A DNA stretch of 54,715 nucleotides from Catajapyx aquilonaris (lineage: Eukaryota): NCBI GenBank assembly GCA_000934665.2, contig JYFJ02002563.1:1-54715 (forward strand), read 5' to 3'. A program made the translations under genes and the position numbers. Below, piece by piece: positions 30,119 through 45,410 of this stretch. How positions within the stretch are numbered: position 1 is the stretch's first letter; every line of letters begins with the position of its first letter. Below the pieces are notes generated by a model. The model was not told the DNA's origin and ran no database searches. It saw only the letters and a program-made list of their open reading frames with translations.

Positions 30119-31656
30119 ACTTGCCTGGTGCTCACAAAAAATTTAGATCCTAACTTAGACTTGAATTTAACCTTTTAAAAAGCGGCCTGATTTGATCGAC
30201 CTTCGTCTGTTGTTATGAGATGAAACTTTTCGAGTCGGGCGCGTCCAGAACTTCCTCGTGCTGGTTCAGTGACGTCATCACGTGTAATTTTTGCATCTAA
30301 TGGAAGGTGGGGCTCTCTAGAGGGGAAGTTTCGAACGAGGAAATTAACCCGGGCGATTCAATCTATGTTTTTTTAAATATATAATAAATAGGTTTAAAAA
30401 TAAATAGTGCAAACTCTTTTATTAGTCAGGTTTGTTAGCTTCGGGAATAATATTATCTGCTCTTCAATGGGGTCTTCCTTTGCATGTTATTAATTGGGGG
30501 GAATAAAGGGATCGATGATCCGATAAATCACAGAAAGGACCAGTGTACCGGAGTTATTAATCGATGGAAGGGGTTATTAAATTACATTGACCTTCTCTCA
30601 AGCAAGATGCGTGTTCAAAGAATAGGTTGCTGAATGTTTACACCAGCAACCAGCTTTAACAGCAACAATAATTTGAAGTGAACATGACGCTGATTTTTTT
30701 TTAACGGATGACTCTACTGGGGCAGACAATCCACAAATTTATTCTACAAAAATAATTTCGAAAATATGCTACTACACTTCCGACTGATTTTATAAAAATT
30801 AATTAATTAAGAGTACGGAAAATGTGCCCGTGTGTTTATGTAAAACAGAAGCACGTGCTATATAATTGCATAATTATGACTTGCAATATTATCGTGAGTT
30901 ACCCCCATGACGAATCGTGCAGTGTTTGCGGACTATTTTTAACTCCTTTTTGGTGACAAATATAGCTTGGTTTGAAACAATAACTCCTTCTGATTCATAG
31001 CCAGTAGGTATATGACTCTTATGCGTACTAGCGTACAAGAGTACGTGATATGTGATAAAGCTGGTGACTCACTACCAGTGAATTTTTTGGTGACTTTACC
31101 ATTCCATCAAAGTTAGTAGGCCAACAGTTGACACGCGAAAACTTCCGTCACGAACCTACAATTTTGCCAAATATTTTTTTCCCATCGAATTCCTAGTTGT
31201 CGCCAGTTTCTCAGAAAATCTGTTTTAATAACTAAACTCAGCAAACCCAAGCCCGTCCCTTTTTTTTTAAAAAAAAAAAAAAGAAACGAAGCAAAAGTGT
31301 TGGAATTAAGGTCTCTCTCCGATCAATTTATTTCACCCCCTACAATTCACCCTCCTGTGCAAAGTGCAAGAAAATTGAACCCTTTTCTGGGCATCCAACA
31401 TTCGGCGCAGTTTCTACAGCACACGATGCAGTTTCTGTCGCCTGCATTACACTGACTTCACCAGGGGAGAATGTGCGCGCAGAAAGAAAAAAAAATGTGC
31501 CAATCTTAGTTTCGCGTGCCTAATGATTCTGCCCGGTCGTATCGAATTGGTGACGTAAGGCGCACGCAAGTGGCTTTTGCGAAGGTGGAACTACAAAGAA
31601 AACAAAAAAAAAGAGGAAACAAAAGCCCCTCCCCCCCTCCAAGCCCCTACCTTTTC

Positions 31657-31793
31657 ATGGATCTTTCTTCTGGACCACGAGGTAACCCACTGAGTCTTTT
31701 CGCTGTGACAGGTCGGAGAGTTGAAGTCGATTACTTCGCCAGGTCTCAGGAGGTCACAGAAAAGCCCAAGTTGGTACAGCTCAAGAAGAGACC
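31657..31793 (+). CDS. Candidate alternative first coding exon of the uncharacterised gene at 34918-38049
   Basis: ATG...AGA CC|GTGAGT (phase 2), MDLSSGPRGNPLSLFAVTGRRVEVDYFARSQEVTEKPKLVQLKKRP; in frame if spliced to the phase-2 acceptor at 35078. Confidence 0.5.
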
Positions 31794-34700
31794 GTGAGTT
31801 GACATTACGTTTCATTTATTAACACGTGTGGACTTTGGTGCAAAAGGTGGCCAGTTCTAACAGCAAGAACTAAGCAAAAAAATGTCAAGTTATTCGCAGT
31901 ATAGGATACGTAATAATTTCTTCACGACATTGTGTTGATACAACGTGCCATTAATTTTGAAAAATTTATGTAATATCATCTTTGAATTATTATGTTATTG
32001 ACGAGTGGTATTGTCCACAGGTTACGTAAAGTGATACTTGACCGTGCCAGTCAGAGCCAGCTTGTGTCTATTCAGTAATAGACTGCAGGTTTGTGAGTCT
32101 ATGGAGTGACGAATTCTATCCGCGAGGTGGTGACGTGTGTTTGTGACTATTATTGCACTGGTGAGTCCGTTATAGTCCTTAAGTCACTGGTTCAAAATGC
32201 AACAATCGCCACACGTTGGTGTATATATACAGTAGTATGACTTTTAAAGTTCCAAAGGTGCTGCCATTGTGATTTGCTTAGTATAGTGACCACATAGCGA
32301 CAATAACGGTGACGTCATTTGAAATAGAAATAGTGCTAATGTTTAGCAGAAGTTAATTATTAAGCTGACAGTATATAATAGACTGTTTCTGTTAACAAGA
32401 AGAATAATTTCTGCCATCACGTGACTCGTGATTTATATATAATTTGTTGAAATTATTGTTCATTTTTGAAACAATTGATGTGCTTGTTATTGGGTCAGTC
32501 GGTATTGACTGCGAAGGTCCTCAAAGTGCGCCATGGGTGTTGTCGTTTCATAAAATATTACTCTATAAGGCCATTCCTGACTAGGCCTATCAAATCAATA
32601 TCGTCTGGCCATCGTTTTATTCCGATCAGAAAGTCCCATCACCATAAAGGTATGTTCATTCTACCTTGCTTTACACACTGTTTTTCACCAATTTAATCCT
32701 ATAGTTGTTATAAAACCAATCAATTCGAAATTTTGCCAGATGTTTCTGGGCCTGCTTCTTGAGTACTGTAGGCCAGTACTGCATGGCATTTATGAGCCCC
32801 TTCCCTAGTTAACTGCGTGTAGGCAAATCATTAAAATATTACCATAAAATCGCCATTAAAAATCAGAGAAAGAAAGGTCACCATATCATGTGCTCACGTT
32901 ATGCTCATCACTGTAATTATTAGGACATTATCTCTTTATGTCCTGCTATTAATTTGTAATGTTTATATACGTGTTCAGGATCGGTTTAAAAGTCCAAGCG
33001 ACGCGACGTCCCCATTGTTGTCATTTCTGAAGTTGTAATAAATGCGACTGCCGGTCACTGTTTCTTTCATTTTCTGATCGAATGAAACAGTTAACTATCA
33101 GTACCGGTAATCACTTTTTCAATTACACTCGTCCTGTATTACAGCTTGCAATGCTGTAGGCCTATTTGAAGCTATGAGGTTATTGAATTATACTCCATTT
33201 TGCTGGATAGCCCAGCACAGCACAAGTAGCGTGTTTGGTCACTGGATTTTGAGACAAATTGCTTCCAATTTTGACAATAATTTATATTAACTTATAAAGG
33301 TCGACCGTATTCTGTCTGTTATCCCAACATAATGACACACTTTTGCCATTTGTCATTGCTGTGTACTCTGCGAAAATTGCGGTTTATTCGCCATATTTCT
33401 GCCAGAGTCTCGACAGTTTGATTGAGTCTATTTGGTTGGAACTGAAATTGCAAGCCCCCCCCAAAGTAGGGCATTGGCCTGTAGCTTTTTGCCCAGGTGA
33501 TAAAATAGGTCGGACATAGTTTTGGGTTGTGGTGGGTGGCACAAACAGGCAAACAACAGTCTGGCAGGGGTGGTGGTGGGGGAAAATAGAGGAAGGTAGA
33601 GGGGGGGCATAAAAATGTTCCCTGCCCGTTGCATGTCCACCCTACATCTCTTTTGCCGGATTTCCGATCGTGCCCAGCTTGAGGTCGATCGATCATGGAA
33701 TTCACGAATTCGGACCTCAGAAGCACGCCCTCTTGGTGCTTTAATTCCTCAGGACATTTTTTTTGGTCGTCCCCACCATTTATCGCCCTAGTTTTCAGGA
33801 AGTGCTTGTGACGCAACTGCTTAAAAAATTATTTTATTAATCGCATAATTGTGGCCACTATAATATTTTATCCCACTCGAAAAAGGGGGGTGAAAAATGG
33901 GTAGCTTTTCTGACCTGATTTAAACAGCAGTGGCCTTTGACACGCACGGTTGCATGGAAGTCCTCTATCAAATGCTAGTCTGCATGACCCTCAAAAAAAC
34001 TAGGGGGGAGACTTATGCCTTATTTCGCACCCTCCACCTTTGTGCTCGGGAATTGCCAGGGACTCACTTATACTCCTAAGAATAAACTTCTTCCGTGCCA
34101 AGCAGTTCTCGCGACCATCACTTGCTATTGGTAAGTGAATACCTGTCGAGTATCAGGACAAAATCTTTATTTACTTTTTCAACATTCAACAAGCTTGTTT
34201 CCAATAATTTATTGAGGTGTCCGTCAGAGTTAGCAAATTTTTGAACTATTCTTTGGAGGAACGACTTGTTGTTGTTGTTAGTTCATAGTCCACGGAGGCT
34301 GGAAGGTTCAATCAGAATAACTCACAGATAATGCAACTACTTGATAATGCTGACCACTTGAGTTGACTGATAACTAGCAGTTTACTTTGAAAGAGGTGTG
34401 CTTTGGGTGGTGTGTTTTTGGGTGCTTTGGGCTTGGCATTTGATGACCCAGATCGCACATGGTGGCTTAAAATTTTCCCTTGCCGTCATCATTTTCCAGG
34501 GATCGCAAACCCTGCATGACAGCTGAGCGGGAGGTCTTTTCACATGAAGGAGATTGCGCACGCGAGAAGGATCTGGCCGCTCTTGGACGTAAACGGCCAG
34601 GTTGGTGCACCACCTATACATTATTATAACACTGAATTTTGGAGAGAGAAAAAACATGCACCGAGAAAATACTTGAACCCAAACTAAATAATATTGCGTT

Positions 34701-34917
34701 TAAAATAATGTGCCCTTTAAGCTGCTATAAAGTCTGTTTAGTAAATTATTCTTGAAAATACTTGAAAATGCCTACTTGGGGCGTTGTTGGGCAACATAAG
34801 ATTTTGTTAGTATTATTTGTCATGCTGTCGGCTCAAATCCGATCAATTTTGGAATTTTTGAAACGATTATTGAATTTAAGTGATTGTAAATTTGCCTTCC
34901 TTTGCTACATCTCAGGA

Positions 34918-37900
34918 ATGTCTGCTGCGGGGACACAGCTTCTTTTGCAAGACCGAAGTTCCAGGTGGAAGCAGGATGAAAACTTCAAACCCTTGTATGT
35001 GTCCTATTATTATTTCTGTTGTCTATATTTGCAAGGTCGTGTTGATTGTTACCGTTTTTTATTCGTCTATTCAAAAGCACGTTTTCAAACGAGCCAATCA
35101 AGCGGTCGTCCAGTGCTGGCAAACTGCTGCCATTACTTCCAAGGCTGCCCAACCCTGAGCTGCTGCCTCTGCCTTTCAATCAAGACATAAATGGAAACCG
35201 CAGGTCGTTCGAGACACGTGGAACCGAAATCACAGCCAGTCTGGAAAATTTATTCCGAGATCAAAAGGTCAGTAGTGCGTCAAACATGATCGCCATATCC
35301 ACGACCTAAAGTGCGGTAATTACTCGTGTAATTAATTCCAGGTTCGAAGCAGTAAGAGCGACATGATGGTTCAGGCAGACCGATTGTCGTCTCCTGGTAA
35401 CGAACTTCAACGACGACATTCTGAAGCCTTTTTCGTTCCGGTTGTGCCGTCGCAGGAAGTTCTTCCTCAAGGTCCGAGTTGGATAGAGAGGCAGATGCTG
35501 AAGCAGAAGTTCAGAGGAACTCACGTGGCATACAGCGAGCATTTGATGATGATGGCAGCATCGGAGGAGTCCAAAGTTGGTCTCCAGCAGCAGGTGAGCA
35601 CCACGGACACTTCTGGTGGCGGAACTTCGTCGAAACCTAGCAGCGCAGACAGCCTGGAGTCCACTACCGACACCAACAAGAGGGCATCGTCGGCCTCAAA
35701 CCTGACAGACAGTCTGGAAGGGCACAGGATGGACGAGGAGGACATGTTGGTCATCAGGTGAGGTTTTGCCGGTAAAAAATAGGAAAAATATCATTTTTCA
35801 TAAGTTGCCTTCACAGATGCTCGACCACTGGTGTGGCCTACGACGTCCCAATGGACTGTTGCTCCAAGGACAGCCTGGACGACGGCGTGTCCGAGGATTC
35901 GCTCAACAATTATTCTGCTGGAAGGAACCCTTGGCAGCAGCAGATATCCGAAGATGACTCTGGAGGTGAGCCCACCACTGGTCAGCTGGTCAGCCCCACG
36001 AAGGAGGACAGCCGTCTGGTCAGAGGCGAAGTGGCGCTGTCCACGGAGGAGCAGATCAAGAGTCCTCGGAGGTCAAAGGGCTATGTGTCCTTCTTCATAC
36101 CGATAAAGCCGAAGCAGGCGGAAGAGAAGCGTCCCGATCCCGATCCTCAAGCAGTGTCCCCAAACTGGCTGCCCAGATCGCTAGAGAAAAGGATCGAACG
36201 ACGCCAGCAGATGATAGCCATGAGGCGAGAGGAGCGACGTCGATGCGGCGTCGAAGGCGTCGAGACACGTCATCAGCACCGCGATCTGATCAGTTGCCAC
36301 AGGCCTAGAAGCGACGGCGACTCCTCCAGGAAGAAGAAGTCGCCGATGGACGAGCTGGCTCTGTACCAGGCCATGTCCATCATCGAACGAGAGCTGATGC
36401 GCGACCAGCAGAGGAAGAGGCAGCGAGAGCAGTCGTACACTCAGGAGGAACCCGTTGTGGTGTCTCGAAGAACCAGCTCCCATTTGCTGAGCACCCAACT
36501 CAGCGCCATACGTGAGGACACAGAGCGTGAGGGTAGTGGACACTCGACAGGAGAGGACAACAAGCCTAAGACAACGCCACTGGCCGCCAAGAGACAACGC
36601 CCGTCGAGGATACCGGTACGGGTGAACCGCAGCTCCCAGATCCGGAGCCAGCACAACCATTCCAACCAGAGGCCCACCAGACGCCTCCTGGCCAAGAGAG
36701 CCAGCTCCCAGGAGTTCAACCGTCATCCCAGGAACCAGAACGACCGTCTGGAACAGCTTCTGAAGCCGGACCATGTCTTCGAGGACCTGAGGAAGTTCCA
36801 GTCCCTCCGAAGCCGGTTCCTCTACCACCAGAACGTCAACTCGGTTGTGGACGCCAACGGCACCTGCACCACCCAGACGTTCGTTCTGGACCAGAAGCCA
36901 CTTGGCGACAACCACAGGGCATCGTACGACAGCGAAAGCAGCAGCAGCGAGTCGGCGACTCTGGTTTCGTCGTCGCCCACGAACAACCGGACCAGAATCC
37001 CGCAGCCAACCAGCCCTGGTCCGATGTCCAACCCTAGAAGTCCGCGTTACTCCAAGTGGGACAGATCGAGGACCCCGGAAGGAATCCTTCCGGACATCTA
37101 CAAGCGACCCCCTCCGTTTTACGCACCCTCCGAACAGTCGTTGTCCCCGCAGAACAACAACTCGCAGCATCACCTGTGCGATATGGTGTACGACGGGTCC
37201 AGCTGGGTGCTGACCATGGCAGGGTCGGCGCATTCCAGCAGTAGAGTCGAGTCCAGGATGAAGATGAAGCTGAGCTTCTCACCTGGGACCACTCCGGTTG
37301 TGGTCACCAACAGCTCAGGGTCGTCACTCAAGAGGCGTCGCCAGCAGCACCATCAGCGTCGGAGCAGCGACGTCAGCAGGAGCGAAGACGACGACCAGAT
37401 GACTTATGGCAGCAGCAATGAGACATCTCCTCAAGGTACGCAGGAATAAGTAAATGATGCACCTGTGAGGGGTCTGAGATTTTTTTTAAACCCATCAAAG
37501 TCCACTTGAATAAACAAGATTGGTATAAATCACGTGAGCGTGATTCGAGTAGACCTTTTCTCACTGGGCAGTTGACCGAAAGTGGACCATGTAACCTACT
37601 TTGGTAACGCTGAATCCGAATCCGAAAACTGTTTGTCGCTGTCTCTTGCAGTTTAGGCCCTGATAGGCTGATACCTGTCCACAGACGGACGGACAGAGCC
37701 GTTCTATAAGACTTTTTCCGGCGAGAAAAAGTCTGAAACTGGTCGTATAAAATGAGCAAAAACTGATTACTTTCACTGTTACATATTCTTGAAACCTTTT
37801 ACGTCCATATGTTGCCATTAATAACCAATGGCATTAAAATGTATAATAAATTGCGACACGTATTTGTACCCCCCCCCCCCCCAACTGGACTTGGTTTTTT

Positions 37901-38049
37901 TTAAATCTTATTGTCAGACCCCTCAAATAAATAAGAAAATAAACAACAACAAATAAGTGAGAATAAAGCTGATAATATTTTACTTTTTGTTTGTCTCTTC
38001 AGGATCTGGCGAGACGGACAGAACTTTGAAGGACGATGCATGTTTTTAA
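34918..38049 (+). CDS. Uncharacterised Ser/Arg/Gln-rich, probably disordered protein (~782 aa)
   Basis: Exons 34918-34994, 35078-35267, 35342-35757, 35817-37435, 38003-38049 join in frame (2349 nt). GC-rich coding-type composition; no recognised domain. Confidence 0.8.
37513..37737 (-). mobile_element. DINE-1-like / Helentron-associated non-autonomous element in an intron
   Basis: AACAAG terminus; hairpin AATCACG-TGAG-CGTGATT (37528-37545); subterminal inverted repeats AGACCTTTTCTC (37551-37562) and GAGAAAAAGTCT (37723-37734), the latter also pairing locally with AGACTTTTTC (37709-37718); ACAGACGGACGGACAGA microsatellite. Confidence 0.7.
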
Positions 38050-39019
38050 AATAAAATGTTGTAAAGAGTGGGCATTTTTTGTAGTTTTTCTATTCCGCAC
38101 GAATAATTTGTATGTTATTCTGTGACGATGAGTAGACAAAATGAGTAAAAGGGTTGTTGAAGCTAAAATTAAAGCCGACGGACAGGGTGTTTTTCTTCTT
38201 CTTCATGTCGTTCATGTGGAGGTGGATATTTCAATCCATATTTTAAAGAACCTGCTGTAATGTACTTTATACTGTGTCGTGCAATAAAAAAAATAATTAA
38301 GTATTAAGCTTGTAGCTTGGATTTGTTTTTTTCGCCTTATTATTAGGTCTACCCATACAACACTGGTAAGTTCACTGTACAGTGTATACCCTACACAAAC
38401 TATAGCCCACCTGCTGTATATTATAATTTCCTTCCTTGTAAACCACTGTATAAATGATAATATCAGAGTTGCCCAATTTGAATTCCTGTAGCTTATGAAG
38501 TTTGAATCAACCGGGCTCACATCAAGCCCAGCCAATCATCCGCCGCTCCGATCACGTGACATTTAAATTAACTCCAATTGTACATCAATACAAATAAGCA
38601 CTACAAACATATTACGAATTTATATTAATGGATTTTATTTCAGTTTAATTTATAAACAAATTTGCGATTAATCCCAGTTGAATGTTGAGAGCTGACCGAC
38701 CCGCCACCTTCCGAGCAGGTCGCGAACCCGGATCGAACGTGAAAGCCAGCCGAACGTAAAGAGAAAGAGATAAAAACAAGGTGGGCGAGTTTTAGGGGGG
38801 CCAGGATTCCCATGTTTGGAACGAGCCAAGGACGGAGCTGCTGAAAAACTGCGCCTCACAAAACTGACAAGGAAACCAACAAAAGGACAACACACAGCTG
38901 ATGCTCCGTTGGATGGTGAAAGAGAAGCAATCGACCTGGAGTAAGAACACTTCCTTCTCGAATAGGCCTGACTAATTGCTTATTAATTAATTAATTGCCC
39001 CCCTGCCCACTGTAGAATA

Positions 39020-42917
<3,898 letters not shown>

Positions 42918-44767
42918 ATTGAAAAAAATTATGCGAATCTACAGTGTTGTTTGTTCACTGCCTTACGGACATGCTGCTCTCGACCAAAGTGACCTATGTC
43001 TATAGTCAAGATTGCGTTTGATAAAAATGTGGCCCAGCATGAAACTATCTTGACTATTGCCATTAGTGATTCACACTCTGTTGGACAAACCTGAGTTGAA
43101 ATGTTTTCAGGCAGTATCGTTGCAAGTGCATGATTTGATTTAATTAAGCATGAGAAAATTTAAAGTGGCTGTTAATCGATTTTATTTTTAACATAGCCAG
43201 ATCATATTTTGTGAGAAAATTTAGGTCGAAGAAATGTGGTCGGAATGTGTGTGCAAATGTTGACCAGGTCGAGGAATTTTGTAGCTGGTTGAAGAAATTC
43301 TTATGTTTAAATATTAAAGAATTTTATAATGTTCTGGGAGTGCAAAACCTTCCTGATTTGGCAAGCGGAATTAATTGAGGGTAAAATAAGCGTTTTATTA
43401 AAAAATTGAATCGTGGAATTGTGACTGACAAACTTTTCGATGGGCCTTTTGATACCGGTAGTACAATAACTTTATAATGTCATGTTGGTGATGACTATTG
43501 TTTCCTTCAGTTAATATTTAAGGCAGGATTGCACCTTCGCTCTAAATGCAAGGTTTACTATTGTTATTAATTTATTATTAACAATCGTAAACCTGGGATT
43601 TTGAGCGATGGTGCAATCAGACTTAAAAATTGCTGAAGTACATTAGAGAATTGTTTCTAAATTTGTGTATAGTTTTTTTTGGCGATTATTTAACATTAGA
43701 GACATTTTAAAAATCAGTTCAACTAATGAGTTAACTGCAATAGTGTCGACAGATCTTATTAACTGTTTCCTGGTGGCCTTTCCTCCTGCCTAGATCTGAC
43801 AAAACACATGTTTACATCATTAAAACACACTTTTGAATCTGCTTTAACATGTTAACAGTCTGACAACATCAGTAACAGGTCAGGGAATTTTTTGCCTACT
43901 TTGTTTGTATTACAGGTTTAATCTTATACGTTGTGATGAGGGTTTCTTAACTGTGATTAAAACGCACCTTTGCCAAGGTCGCTCGTGTAAATATCGTAAC
44001 GGCAGATGTGTACATATTTTTTTAACATTTTTACCGCAGTTACGAGTCATTATTGCACTTAGAGGGCGGGGTGGCTGGTCCTTGTTTTTAGTTGGTACCT
44101 ATTATGTTATCGGACGATGTTAATATTATACTTTTTTTTTTAAGTTGAATAAAAAGCAAATGTTCTTACGTACAGTAATTTTATTACTATTCCAGGCTTG
44201 CTATATATCCATAGTTACGCATTTAATGAATCACGTTTAAAAATTAACACAACCTGCAATTAGAATGAATGCATTTGCAATTCATAAAATATTGTGCAAT
44301 TAATTTAATTGAGGTTTACTAAAATATGGCAAATATAATTAGCATTCGAAGGATTAAATTGTCTTCAATCCTTTGCACCTGTTGCACAGAAGACGATTGT
44401 TGTAAGGGAACTTTGAACTGTACAGATCAATTTTCTCTCTATAAGGTCAATAGCTTGACCCTTTGACCCTGCCCACCCCCNCCCCCCCCCCCTGCATTGT
44501 TGCGCCCAGCTGGTTGCTGCGTTTCGCACAATGTTTCGCAGTTGGCGCGACTGTTGTTGGTCGGCCATATTGCGGATCGATGACGTAATTTCGCTGGTTA
44601 GAGGTTGTGCCTACCCTTCCCGGATCTTGCTGGACGACGACGAACCAGCACACAAAAAGGAAGGGATTTTTACACCGGAGTCTGACCCCGGATTGACCCC
44701 ATCAAGTGGTCAGCCCACTCTTCCACAGACAGACAGAGAAAAATCGAAAAACACACACAGAAACCAA

Positions 44768-44820
44768 ATGGCTTTCTTCAGCTCTTTCATGAAACAATTC
44801 CTGGACGATCCGTTCTTCCG
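44768..44820 (+). CDS. Orphan first coding exon MAFFSSFMKQFLDDPFFR (myeloid leukemia factor-like N-terminus)
   Basis: AAA-ATG-G start context and TTC CG|GTGAGC donor (phase 2). Preceded by a CpG-rich promoter-like patch with TGACGTAA at ~44581. Downstream partner exon uncertain. Confidence 0.6.
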
Positions 44821-45341
44821 GTGAGCTTATCCGCTTGTTTATTATATTTTAGTGCAATATTATTTACCATAAATATTATTATTTATTCGCATGATCTTTT
44901 GACCTCCAGCTGCCACGTCTCCTGCAGCTCGACCAAATTTTGTGTGCGAATCGATTTTTGCGGATTACAAAGGGGGACTGTATAGGGTCACACACAAAAA
45001 GTTGATTCCGTGACTTTTGACAGTTTGCGAAAAACCTCCGCCTTGAAGAGGTTTTAACATGCTCGCAGATTATTGCAATTCCTGCCCTTAAAACGGCATG
45101 GATTGGTGCAACAATGCAGCGAATTACGACCGAGTGCAAAAAAAGGGGGGCATCGCGGAACCACGCCTAAATAATCAGTTTCAGCAGTTGCAAAAACCTG
45201 CAATTAACGCCCCAAGTTTGCCAATTTGCTGTTAGTGGCTTATTTATGCACAGCTCAAATCCATATTCCACAGACGATGCTACGAATGGTTTACTCCAGC
45301 AACCAACAATAATAGTAACCAGCAATGGTACTGGTATACAT

Positions 45342-45410
45342 AATTCCGGGGTTGTTTCCGTATAATAGGCCACAGCCGCCTCCTTCCTTCCCTATCCTTG
45401 GCCCCATCCA
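45342..45410 (+). mobile_element. 5'-truncated copy of the SINE at 10510-10806
   Basis: AATTCCGGGGTTGTTTCCGTATAATAGGCCACAGCCGCCTCCTTCCTTCCCTATCC matches ~10637-10692. Confidence 0.8.

Noticed and set aside
36181..37233. 350-aa minus-strand ORF
   Set aside because: Antisense shadow of the GC-rich 1.6-kb coding exon on the plus strand; no splice or domain support.
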